Shown here piece by piece: positions 32,120 to 44,096 of a stretch of DNA of 64,000 nt. Numbering within the stretch: position 1 is the stretch's first letter; the number at the start of each line of letters is the position of its first letter. Source of the stretch: Scenedesmus sp. PABB004 (lineage: Eukaryota); NCBI GenBank assembly GCA_014905635.1, contig JABVCE010000018.1, positions 558,001-622,000 of the forward strand. Reading direction: 5' to 3'. Below the pieces are notes generated by a model. That model had not been told where the DNA came from. It ran no database searches and saw nothing but the letters and a program-made list of their open reading frames with translations. The position numbers were made by a program, and so were the translations under genes.

Positions 32120-35100
32120 TCACTCGCCCTTGGCCTCCTGCGATGGCTGCACCGCCGCCGCCGCCGCACGCGCCTGCGGCTGCCCGCTCCCAGCGGCGGC
32201 CTCGCCGACGCCTGGCGCCTCGGCCGGCGCGCCCCCGTCGCCGCCGGCCACGAGCTTGAATTCAGCGCCCGCCGCCTCCGCCAGCGCCAGCGCCGCCGCT
32301 GCGCCGGCCTCCACCTCTGCCGCGTCCACCGCCGCCGCGGCGGCGGCCGACGCGGCGTCCGCCGCCGCCTCTGCCGCGGCAGCAGCCTGCTCCGCGGCAT
32401 GCTGCACGTCACGCAGCTGGCCGTGCGGCCCGCGGCCCTCGTACCAGGCCGACACGTGCTCCGCCAGCTCGCCCTCGAGCGCCTGCTGCGCCGCGTCGGC
32501 GGGCGCGGGCCGCTGCTCGTCGTCGTCGCTGCCGCTGTCCACCGACTCGGCATCGTCCAGGAAGCCGCCGCCCGACCAGCCGCCGGGCGCGCCCGCGCCG
32601 CCGCCCGGCGCCGCCGCGCCGTCGGCGCCCGGCGCTGCGGCCGCCGGCCCCCCTGCTGCTGCCGCGCGTCGCCCGCGGCCGCCAGCGGCGGCTCGGCGGC
32701 GCCCTGCTCGCTGGTGTCGTCCGCCGCGCCGACCGCCTCCCACGCCGCGCCCGCCAGCCCCGGCGCCTGCGCCTCGCGCGCCGCCTGGCCGGCCTTGCCA
32801 GCCGAGATCTTGCGGTCCAGCAGCGCCAGCACCTGCTCCAGCAGGTCGGGCGTCTGCTGGATCACGCCCAGCACCTGCGAGCCCGTGCGTGGCGGGCGCG
32901 CCGGCAAGCCTGGGCGTGCGGCCGCTGCCGCCGCGTGGCGCCGCGCGGCGGCCGGCCGGCCGCCCGCGCTGCCTGCGCTGCCGCAGCCCCCGGCGCCGCG
33001 CCGCGCCGCGCACGGGCGCACCTCGGACGGCTCAAAGCTGTCAACCGACTTGGCGGCGGCGCCCGCCGCCGCCGCGGCTGCGCGCGCGGCGCGGGCGGGG
33101 CGAAGGTTTGGCCACGGGCCGCCGCGCCGCGCCGCGCCGCGCCGCGCCGCGCCGCGCCGCGCTCCCGCAAGCGCCCCCTGCCGGCCCGCTCACCCAGGGC
33201 GTCATCAAGCTCGCCCTCTTCCAGCTCAAACTCCTCCGCCTCGCCCTCGGCCCCACCGCGCGGCGCACCCTCGTCGTCGTCCTCGCCCTCCTCCTCCTCC
33301 TCCTCCTCCTCGCCGCCCTCCCACTCCTCCTCGGCCGGCGTCGCCGCGAGCTGCAGGTAGCTCAGCATGCCCAGCGCCTGCCAGTGCTCCTGGTGCACCA
33401 GCAGCGTGCGCAGGATGGACGCCCAACCCGTCACGCCGGCGCAGCTGCGGCGGGCGGCGCGCGAGCGCGGGTGGTGGGCCGCACAGGGCGGCGCGCCGCG
33501 CGGCGGCGCGCGCGCCAGCGCGCGCCCGCGCCCGGCGCCTGCGCGCGGCGCACCGCGTGCCGCGCAGCGCCGCGGGCCGCTCTCCGAGCAGCGCGCGCAC
33601 GCAGGCCTCCGCCGCGGCCGCGCTGGCGGCGAGGTTGTATCCGCCCTCGAGCAGGATGCCCAGCGGCGCGAGCGGGCGCAGCAGCGCCGTGAGCAGGCCG
33701 TAGCACTCGGGGTGCAGCCGGTACCGCCCTGCGGCAGCGGGCGTGGGTGAGAAGGGGGGGAGCCCGGTGGCGCGCCGGTGGCGCAGGCGGCTCGTCGCCG
33801 GCGGCTGCGGCTGCGCACGCACGCGGCTGCGCACGCGCGTGCAGCACGCACCGAGCGGGTCCTTGTCCGCTGCGTCAAAGCCGGCGCTGACGAGGATGAG
33901 GTCTGGCCGGAACTCCGCCAGCACCGGCAGCACGAGCACCTGCCACGCGGTGATGTAGTCGCCGTCCGCGATCGGCGGCGCGTCGACCTGCGCGCGGCGG
34001 GGCGGGCGCGGCGCGGGGTCGAGCGCGGGCGCCCGGCGCCCGCCCGCGGCGGGGCGGCCCGCAAGGCTGCACAGCAGGCGCCCGCGGCGCCGGCCCGCGC
34101 CTGCACGCGGCGGCCGCGCTTGTCCATGACCGTCGGCGGGCTCCACGCGACGTTGAGCGTGCGGCCGCGCCCGCGCCCGCTGCCGACGGCCTCCGCCGCG
34201 CCAGAGCCCGGGAAGAAGCCACTGGGGGAGGGGGGGGGGGGGCGTGGGCGGCCCGCCCGCTGGCATCCGCCGAGCCCCGCGCGCGCCGCGCCCCCCGCCG
34301 CAGCGCCCCCGCCGCTGCGGCGCACCTGCCGAAGCGGTGCAGGCTGATGACGAGCACGTCTGGGTCTTCGTCAAAGATCTCGGCCGTGCCCTTGCAGTGG
34401 TGCACGTCCCTGCGCCCCCGCGCGGCCGGCGGTGTGAGCGCGCCGCGCGCGCGCGCGCGTGCGGTGCGGGCGGCCCGACGCACGCGCCGTCCGAGGCACG
34501 CGCCGCCGCGCCGCACCAGTCGACGATGGCCACGCGCCGCGCGCCCGCGCGCTGCGCCGCGCGCGCGGCGACTGCGGCGCTGTTGAAGTAGCTGCCCGCC
34601 TCGGCGCTGTCCGAGCCTGCCGGGCGGCAGCGGCGCAGGCGGCCGCGCGCGTGAGCTCGCGGGGCCGCGCTGCGCCGCGGCGGCGGCGGCGGCGGCAGCG
34701 GCGGCAGCGGCGGCACAGCCCCGCGGCCCCGTGCGCCGCCCCGCGCGCCGCACCCGCGGCGTGGCCCATGGGGCGGACAAAGGCCATGCCGTTGGAGGCC
34801 TCGCCCCGCACCAGCTGCGTCGCGAGCTCTGCGGCCGTGCCCGCCGCCGTGCGCGCGGCGCGGAAGGTGTACCTGCGCGGCAGCAGGCGGTGCGGGGCGT
34901 GAGGCGGCGCTGCTTGGCTGCCCCCGAGCGGCGCCCGCCGCCCCCGCGCCGCGCGCCTGTTGCCGAGCGCGTCCGCCGCGAGGTGCGCGGCCACGCGGTT
35001 GAGGTCGCTCGGCTGCGCCGCCGCGCTGAGCGCGGCCACCGCCGCGACGAGGCCCTCGGTGTGCACCGCCAGCAGCTCCTCGTCGGTGGCCTGGCGCGGC

Positions 35101-36568
35101 TGCAGGTGGTCGCACACGTCTGCGCGCGCGTGAGCCGCAGCGAGGGCGGGCGCCGCGCCTCGGCGCGCGCGCGGAACGCAGCGCGCAGCGCGCGGCCGCC
35201 GGCGCCGGCGCGCGCCGCGCCGCACCCAGCAGCCCCGCGGCGCGCAGGCGCGCCAGCGTCGCGACCAGGCGCTCGGGGCGCTCGTGGTTGGGCGGCAGCA
35301 GCCCGCGGTGCAGCAGCATGGACGGCTCGTGCCCCGGCTCGGCCTCATCCTCCCACGCCAGCAGCGTGAGCGGCAGCTGCACAATGCCCGCGTCCGCCAG
35401 CAGCTCGCGCGCGTGCCGCAGCGCGATGCCGGCCTCCAGCCGCCGCGCCGCGTCGGCGCCGCCGCCCGCCGCGCCGCCGCCCGCGGCGCGGCCCTGCTGC
35501 TGCGCCTTCAGCCACGCCGGCGCCTGTGCAGCCAGCGCCGCGCGGCTCGACACGCCCAGGCTGAACAGCAGGCCGTCGTCGGCCGGCAGGTGCCCGCACG
35601 CCCCGCACGCCGCGGCGGGGCGCAGCGGGTCGAGCGGCGTGCAGCAGTTGGCACAGAAGCCTCCCGGCGCGCGCACAAACGCGGCCGCCGGCGCGCCGGG
35701 CTCCGCTTGGCCGGGCGCCGGCGCCGCGCCGGGCTCCGCCGCCGTCTCCGCCTGCGCCCGCGGCGGCTCGGAGCGCGTGGGCCGGGCTGCGCCGCGCCCT
35801 CGCCGCGCCGCGCCGCGCCGCGCCGCGCCGCACCTCGCCGCCCGCGGCGCTGCCGGCGATGGGGATGTGGTCCAGGATGTCCAGCAGGCGGATGGCATAG
35901 GCGGGGTCGTTGGCGATATCCACGCTCGGGTCGACCAGCGGCGGCGGCGCGCTCTGCGAGCCGCGGCCCGCCGCGTAGCTGCTGCCGCCCGCCCACGCGC
36001 GCTCGTCGGGCTGCCCCGGCGGCGCATCGCTGGCTTCGTCCGCGGGGCCGACCGCGAGCGCCGGCAGCTCCACGAGCAGCGCGGCGAGCTCCGACTCGCT
36101 TTGCTCACGCGACTCTCGCGGCACCTGCGCCTGCTGCGCCTGCTGCTGCTCCCCCGCCGCTCGGTCCTCCCCGCTGCTGTCGCTGCTGCTGTTGCTGCCG
36201 CCGCCGCCGCCGCCGCCGCTGCGGTCGCTGCTGCCGCCGTCGCCGGCGCCGCCTGCGCGCGCCGCCGGCGGCTCGGGCGCTGCCGCAGCCAGGTCCGCCG
36301 CGGCGGCCTGCTGCGGCGGCGCGCCCACGCCCGCAGCCACCGCCGGCGGCGGCCACGCGCCCTGCAGCTGCTCCGCGCTGAACAGAACGTACTCCGGCTC
36401 TGCGCCGCCTTGCCCCGCAGCGGCGCCCGGCCGCCGCGCCCCGCGCCGGCCGCCGGCGCCGCCGCCGCGGTGTCGGGCGCCCGGGGGCAGCACGCGCCGC
36501 AGCGGCAGGGCGCCCGCCGGCGCGGCGAGCAGCAGCAGCGGCCGCGCGCCGCTCGCCGCCGGCCGCAT
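32120..36568 (-). CDS. Class II histone deacetylase-like protein with upstream C4 zinc ribbon and acidic C-terminus (~11 introns; 3' end tentative)
   Basis: HERPERL, ATDEELLAVH, IVDW|DVHH, VLVISLHR, FFPGSG, FRPDLILVSAGFDA, LEGGYNL; CANC..CGACGH. Confidence 0.85.
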
Positions 36569-37030
36569 GCTGTCGGCCTGCACCCGCTGGGCGGTGGCTG
36601 GGTCGGTCTCTCACACCGCCCTTCCGCGGTTGGGCTGCGGGGTGCGCGCGGCCGGGCGTCGGCCTCCGCCGCTGAGGCGGTTGCGGCCCGTCCTGCGCCG
36701 CGCGCTGGCTCTTGCGCCCTGGCGGCGTTTGCGGAGGATCGAGCTTGCTCCCGTCAATGCGTGGGAGCGATCAGGCGCGGCCGCGAGCGGGGACGCGCGA
36801 GCAGCGCGCGGGGCGGTGTGCGGCGGCGGCTCCGCTGCTTCCAGGCGCGTCGCTTGCGGCGCGGCCGGTGGGTGGATGCGGTGTCTGACACCGAAAGGTC
36901 AACGCTTGCAACTCTGCCGCGCCGCGCTCAAACCGCGGCCGCCGCGCCGCGCTCAAACCGCGGCCGCGCCGCGCCTGCTTGCGGCGCCGGGCGGCGCTCC
37001 TGCTCAAACTCAACCTGCTGCCCTGACTTC

Positions 37031-39119
37031 TCACTCGTCGCTCTCGCCGTCGCCGTCGCTGGCGTCGCTGCCACCGCCGCCGCCCAGCGCGGCGAGCGTC
37101 GCCGCGGCCGCGTGGTCGGGGTCGGAGCGCGCCAGGAAGGCCGTCCACTGCGCCTCGTCCATGTCGGCGTCGCGCTGCTCCGCGTCGCGGCGCTTCTTGG
37201 CCGCCGGCGCGGGCGCCGCGCGCCCGGACGCGCCGCGCTTGCGCGCGCCGCGCGGCGCGGGCGCCTCCTCGTCCCAGCCGGGCTCGTCCTCATCGCCCTC
37301 CGTCGCGCCCTCGTCGTCCGACGCCTGCTCCTGCTCCTGCTGCTGCGCCTGCTGCCGGCCGACCGCGGCCGCACCGCGCGGCTGCCGCCGCCGCTTCTCG
37401 CGCGCCGCCGGCGGCGGCAGCCGCGCGCCGGCCTCGTCGTCGCTGTCGTCCAGCAGGGAGATGACCTCTGCCGCGCCGCCGGGCTCGCGCTTCACCGCCG
37501 CCGCACCCGCACCCGGCTGGCGCTCGACCTGCACGCCGCCGCCGGCGGCGTCGCCGGCCGCGGCGGCCCGCGCGCGCCGCAGCGCCGCCTCGGCCGCGTG
37601 CGCGCGCGCGTCCGCGGCGTCGGCGGCGGCGCGCGCGGGGTGCGAGGGCGTGCCGGGGCCGCGCACGCTGCCGCCGCCGGGCGAGCGCCCCTGGCCGCCG
37701 GCGGGCGCACCCCACGGCAGCGCGGGGGAGCGCGCCGCCGCGGCGTCGGGCGCGCCATCGCCGGCCTCGGCGGCCGCGGCCGCGGCCGCCGCCGCCACGC
37801 CGGAGAGCGTGATGGTGCGGCTGCCGCCGCCCAGCCGCTGCGCGCCGCCGCCGCCGCCGCCACGGCCGCCGCCGCCGCCGCGGCCGCCGCCGCCTGCAGC
37901 GGCCGCGCCTGCGTTGGGCCCGCGGCCGGCGCGCCAGATGCCAGGCGGGTCGCGGCGCCCCCCGCGGGCGCCCGCGCCGCCGCCGCCGGCCGCGGGTGCG
38001 CCGGCGCCGAAGCTGCTGGGAAGGCTGTTGGTGACGGCGTGCATCGCGACAAACATCGCCTTGGCCGCCGCCTGGCGCGCGGGCGCGAGGACGCCGTCCC
38101 ACAGGGCCAGCGTCTCGCTGTCGGCGGTCACGCGGTCGCTCGCCAGCAGCAGCTCGCCCGCTGCCTTGGCGAAGAGGGTCTTGCGCCGGCTCTGCGTGGG
38201 CGCCTCGCGGTGGATGTCTTGCTTGGTGACGGCGAGGCAGCCCTTGTTCACCGCGTCGGACCTGTGCGTGAGGCAAGCAGGGCGCGTGAGCGGGCGGCGC
38301 CGCACGCGCCGCGCCGCCGCCCCGCACGCGCAGCGCCACGCCGCCGCGCGGCGCCCGCCGCGCACCAGAACGACCTGAAGCCCCGCCGCACGCAGCCCTG
38401 CGGCGAGGTGGTGCCTGCGCGCGGGCGGCGCGGCTGCTGAGCGGCGGCGCCGCGCGGGGCGGCGTGCGAGCATGAGCGCGCCGCCCCCGCCGCCCTGCCG
38501 CCGCACACACCAGGCGGGTAGGTCTCGGCGAGCAGCTGCACGAGCAGGGCGCGCTGCTCGCGCCACGCGCCCACGTTGGTGTTGCCGAGGCCGCCCTTGA
38601 CCTCGGTCGCGCACTGCGGGCGCCAGGCGCCGGGCGGTGGGCGCCGCGCGTGCCGCCCCTGCCGCCGCCGCCGCCGCCGCTGCGCCGCCCGGGCGGCTGG
38701 CGTGCGGCGCCGCACCGGCAGCGCGCCGCCGTCGAGCGCGAGCGCCACGTCGGGGTGGGCGATCACGCGCTGCAGCACGGTGCGCGAGACGCAGGAGTGC
38801 GTGTATGCCGGGTCGGTGAGCAAGGTGAGCTTGACCTCCCAGTCCAGGTCGTCTGCGGGGCACGGAGCAGCGCGCGCCGCGCGCTCTGCGAGGTGCAGCC
38901 GCTGCCGCCGCCGCCGCTGCCTGCCGCGTGCTCGCGGCGCGGTGGAAGGTGTGCTGAGGCTGCCCCCGGCGCCTCGCGCCGAGCAGCGCGCCTGGCGCCG
39001 CAGCAGCACGCGCCTGGGTGCCGCTCGAGCGGCTCGTCGTTCTCAATTGCAGCAGAGCACGTGGCCGCCATGATGCCGCCAGCGAAAGGCATGAGCCCCA
39101 GCGCATAGAGCGTCGGCAT
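37031..39119 (-). CDS. Hypothetical, probably nuclear, protein (4 introns)
   Basis: Spliceable exons; C-terminal VKRE, EVISLLDDSDDE and AKKRR motifs. Confidence 0.55.
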
Positions 39120-39438
39120 TGCTGCGCCCGGCGCCGCGCCGCTGCTGGCGCCGGCGGGTGCGGCGCCGCTGTCGCAGCGCCCCGCCGCCGCGCTGTCGCC
39201 GCTGCGCGGGGTTGGAGGGGCTGGCCGGCCGCGCTCGCGCGGGGAGCGACAGTCGAGCCCCCGTAAGACCGCGAACCGCCGCGACGGCCTCGTCACACAC
39301 CGCAGCACGCGCGTCGCGACCGCGCGCCGCCAGCAATCGCCCCGCGCAGCAACTCGCGCGCGGTCAAAGAATGGCGCTCCCCAGGGTCTCTCCCCACGCA
39401 CGCTGCGCTACGCTCCCGCCGCTGCGGCCGCGCCCGCG

Positions 39439-42400
39439 TCACTGCTCCTCGAGCGCGGGCGCGGCGCCGACCTCGGGCGCCTCGCCCTCGCCGCTGCGCT
39501 TGGCGAGCTCGAGCAGCGCGGGCGCCAGCTTCTCGCCCGCGACCACGGCCTTGATCTGGCCCGCCGTCAGCGTCTCGTGGTCCACGAGCGCCGCGGCGAG
39601 GCAGTGCAGCTGGTCGAGCTTCTCCGTCAGCAGCGCCTTGACCTGCGCGCGCGCGCCGACCAGCAGCCCGCGCACCTCTGCGGCGGCGCGGCGCGGCGTG
39701 AGGCGGCTGCGGCAGCGCAGCGCGGCCGCGCCGTGCGAGCCGCCGCGCGAGGGAAAGGCGCGGCCCGCACCCGCGTCGATCTGCTGCCGCGTCGCCTCGC
39801 TGAGCTGCTTCTCGTCGTCAACATAGAGCGGACCCAGCTCGTCGTTGAGGCCGCACTGCATCACCATGTGCCGCGCCATCGCGGTCGCCTGGCGCAGGTC
39901 GTCCGTCGCGCCGCTCGACACCTGCGCGCGCGGGCGGGCGCGCACGCGCGCGTCGCGTGGGGGCGCGCGGAGGCGGCACGCGGCGGCGGCGGCCGCGCAG
40001 GTGTGCCGCACGGCGGCGCGGCGCGTTGAGGCGGCGGGCGCGCCTGGTCGCGGCCGAACACGAGCTCCTCTGCCACGGTGCCGCCCATGGACACGAGGAT
40101 GCGCGCGACCATCTGCTGCCGGTTGATGCTGAACTCGTCCTCACGACCAACCTGGGGCGACGCAAGCGGCAGCGCCCGCGGCGGCGGCGGCTCGGCGGGT
40201 CGCGGCAGGCGGCCGCGCCGGTAGGCGGCGGCGGCGACAGCTGGCGCGCGGGCGGGTGGGCGCGCGGGCGCCGCACCTGCGTGACCATGCCCAGCGCGTG
40301 GCCGCGCGGCACGATGGTGGCCTTGTGCACGGGGCTCGCGCCCGGGACCGTCAGCGCGACCTGCGCGCGTGTGCGCGCGTGCGCCGCGCGCTGAGCGCCG
40401 CGCGCGCCGGGGGCGGGGCTGTGCGCCCGCGCCCGCGCGCCGGCGCCCCCGCCGCGCCGCACCAGCGCGTGGCCGCTCTCGTGGTACGCCGTGCGCTTGA
40501 GGCTCTCCGGCGAGCGCACCGCGCTCTTGCGCTCCACGCCCATCAGCACCTGCGCGCCGCGCCGCGCGGGCGGGGGCAGTCGGCCGCGGCCGCAGCAGCG
40601 CGCGCCACCCGCGGCGCCGCCGGCGCGCCGGGGGTTGAGGCCTGACCCACCCCCCGCACTGTGCACTTTGCCCAGCTTCAAGGCGGCTGCGCACGCACCT
40701 TGTCAAAGGCATAATCGATCATCTCTGGCGTGATGACGTCAGCGCCGCGCTTGGCCGCCAGCAGCGCCGCCTCGTTCACCTGCGCGCGGGGTGCGCCGCG
40801 CGGCCGCGCGCGCGTGGGCGGGCGCGGCCGGCGCGGCCGCGTGCGCGCGGCCGCGTGCGAGCACGCGCGGCGCCGCACCAGGTTTGAGATGTCGGCGCCG
40901 CTGAACCCGCTCGTCTGGCGCGCGAGCAGGTGCGCGTCGACGTCGGGCGCGGTCGGCTTGTCGGCCAGGTAGTGCTGCAGGATGTCGGCCCGGCCCTTCA
41001 CGTCCGGCAGCGGCACCGCGACCTGCGCGGCCGGCGCGGAGGGCCGCTATAAGGAGCGCCGCGCCGTCGCCGCCGGCACGCACCACGGCACGCCACGCGC
41101 TGCGGCGTGCCGTGCTCGCGGCGGCGCCGCGCGGTGCACGGCGCGCGGCGGCGCGCGCATGCGTGCCTGGCGGTCGAAGCGCCCCGGGCGCTTGAGCGCG
41201 GGGTCGAGCGTCTCTGGCAGGTTAGTCGCGGCCATGACGATGACGCCCTCGTTTGACTCAAAGCCGTCCATCTCCACGAGCAGCTGGTTGAGCGTCTTGC
41301 GCGTGTGGTTCTCCCAGTGCTTGCGGTTGCCGCCGATCGCGTCGATCTGTGTGCGCGTGTGTGTGTGTGGTGGTGGTGGGGGGGGGGGGGGGGGCGATGA
41401 GGCGGAGACGGGCGGCCACGGCGAGGGTGGGGTGGCACCGTGGGGCGGCGCGCGCGGCGGCGGCGGGTGTGCGCGCCTCGTCGATGAACACGATGCAGGG
41501 CGCGCGCTTCTTGGCGGCGCCAAACAGCGCGCGCATGCGGCGGCTGCCCACGCCAACGTACAGCTCCTCAAACTCAGACCCAGCGCTGGCGGTGGGGGGG
41601 GGGGGGGAGCGGGCGCGGGGGCGGGAGCAGGGCGGAGGGGTTTGAGGGGGCGGCGGCGCCGCGCGCGCGCGCTGGGCGGTCGCCGCGCGCCTCATCCACC
41701 CCGCCGCACAGACCCAGCCGCGCCCCTCCCGAAAGCCGCCCCGGGGCCCTCCGCACCGATAGAAGAAGGGGACCCCCGCCTCGCCCGCGACGGCGCGCGC
41801 GAGCAGCGTCTTGCCCGTGCCGGGCGGGCCCGTCAGCAGCACGCCCTGCGCGGCGCGGTGACGCGGCCGGCCGGAGGCACGTGGGCGCGCCGCGGCGGCG
41901 CGGGCGGGCGCGGGGCGGCGCGGGGCAGCGCGCACGCACCTTTGGGAGCTTGGCGCCGAGGCGCGTGAACTTGGCGGGGTCCTTGAGAAACTCAACGATC
42001 TCCTGCGGGGCGGGGTGCAGGGCGTGAGGAGGGCGCAGGCGGCGGGCGCTGCCCGGCCCTTGGCTGCTGCTGCCGGCCCCTCGGCTGCCGCCGCCGCCGC
42101 GCAGCAGGCGCGTCAGCGGCCGTCGCCGGCGCACCTGCAGCTCGGCCTTGCTCTCGTCGCAGCCGCGCACGTCGGCGAAGCTCTTCACGCTCTTCTCCGG
42201 CAGCTCCTCGCGCTTGTACTCCTTGGGCTCCACGCCGGGCCCCGCGGACGCCGACGACGCGCCGGCGCCGCCCGCCGACGCGCTGGCGGCGCCCGCGACG
42301 ACGCTGCTGCCCGCGCCCTGCGTGCCGGCGCTGCCGACGCGCCGCAGCGCCTGGCTGCCGACGAGCCACGCGAAGCTGAGGCCCAGCAGCAGCGCGAGCG

Positions 42401-43122
42401 TGCTGAGCACGCCCCAGAGCACCTGCAGCGGGCCGGTGGGCTTCTGCATCCGCGCCAGCGCGGGGCCCTGCGGCGAGCGGCGGGCGGCGGGCGCGCGTGG
42501 GCGGCGGCCGCGCAGCGTGCGCCGCCGCCAGCGCGGCGGGGCCGCGCCGCGCCCCGCCGCCGCGGCGCGCGCACCTGCAGCACCACGTGCAGCGGCCGCC
42601 GCAGGCTGCTACCGGGCCCCTCCTCCGCGGCGCCGCCGTCGGCCATGGCGGTCAGCTCCGCGAGCAGCGCGCGCAGGCTGCGGTGGTCCTGCCCCGCCGC
42701 GGGCAGCGGGCCGAGGCCCACGCGCCCGCCGTCGGGGCCCCGCGGCAGCTCGGCGTACTCGTCAAGCCGCTCGCTCGCGGCGAGGGCCTTGAGATACTCC
42801 ACAACCACGCCAGGGCTGCTGGCAAACGCCTTGCCCTCCACGCGCGCGAGCACCTCCTTGGGCTGCGCCGCGGCGTTGAGCGCGGCGAGCAGCGCCGCCT
42901 GCGCGCCCGCGTCGCGCGGCGCCGCGTCGGCGGCCTCGCGGAGCTTGGCCAGGCGCTGCGCGGTCACCCAGCTGGGGAAGCGCGACAGCGCGCCGCGCGC
43001 CGCGCCCGCCGCGGCCGCGAGCGCCGCGAGCAGCGCCGCCCAGTGCCCGCGCGCGGCCGCCCACACGGCCGCCGCCGCGGCCGCGAGCGCCGCGAGCGGC
43101 GCCGGCAGCGGCGGCGCCGCCG

Positions 43123-43159
<37 letters not shown>

Positions 43160-43495
43160 GCCCGCGCGCTCCTCGGCACGCGTGAGGCGGGCGATGGCGT
43201 CGATCGTCGCCGCCGGGTCGGCCACGGCGCCCGCGGCGGTCAGCTCCGGCGGCGGCGCCGCCGTGGGCGCCGCGGGCGCGCCCGGCTGCTGCCGCGGCTG
43301 CGGCTGCTGCGCGCCCGCGGCAGCCTCGCTGCCGCCGTTGCCGCTGGGCCGCGCGACGCGGCAGGGCGGCGCCCGCAGCCTGGCCGCGCCCAGCGGGGCC
43401 GCGCGGCGCGCCGGCGCGAGCCGCTGCTGCTGCTGACGGCGGCCGGCGGTCGCGGCGGCGCCGCAGCGCCGCAGCGCCGCCAGCTGCTGCTGCAT
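39439..43495 (-). CDS. FTSH11: ATP-dependent zinc metalloprotease, FtsH11-like (~14 introns; start uncertain)
   Basis: [70 protein letters not shown]. Confidence 0.9.
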
Positions 43496-44096
43496 GGGCA
43501 CCTGCGGAAGGCGTCCGGCCGGGCGGGTGAGCGGCGCGGGCTGCGGCGGCACGGCGGCGGCGGCGCGGCCCCGCCGCGGCGCGCCCGCTGCCCAGCTGCT
43601 CCAGGGGCGCGCGACGCATGCATGCAGCGTGTACCAGCCACGCAGGGCGATGCCCCGGCGTGGCTGAGGCGCGGCGCGGGGCCGGGCGCGCGCCTGCGGG
43701 AGAGAGGGCCGAGCGAGATGCGCCTCCGCGCGCTGCGCCGCTGCGCCGGGCTCGCTCAGGCTTCGAGGACGGACAGACGGGTCTCAACAACGACTGGGAC
43801 ACGCGTGCAGGGCGGCAGAAGCTGCTGTGCTGCAGGCCCAGGGCTGCTGCTGCTCGCGCGGTCTCCCCGTCTCTGGACGTCCGGACTGCGGCCTGCTGTG
43901 AGATGGGCCGGCGTTATCAGCAGCGGCGGCGCACTGCGGGCGCGGCGGGCGGCGGCGCAGCGGCGCGGCGCAGCGGCGGTCTTGGCGACTTGCGCCCGAG
44001 CTGCGCCGCGCGGTGCCGGCAGCCGGCCCCCCGGCCCCCAGCTCCCGCTCAGCACGCCCAGCGCGCCCGGGCGCACCCCGCCGACCAGGGGCGGCG

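Noticed and set aside
35288..38440. 1050-aa plus-strand ORF and many other long Arg/Ala/Pro-rich ORFs
   Set aside because: Antisense or off-frame shadows caused by stop-codon scarcity at ~80% GC; no domain motifs.
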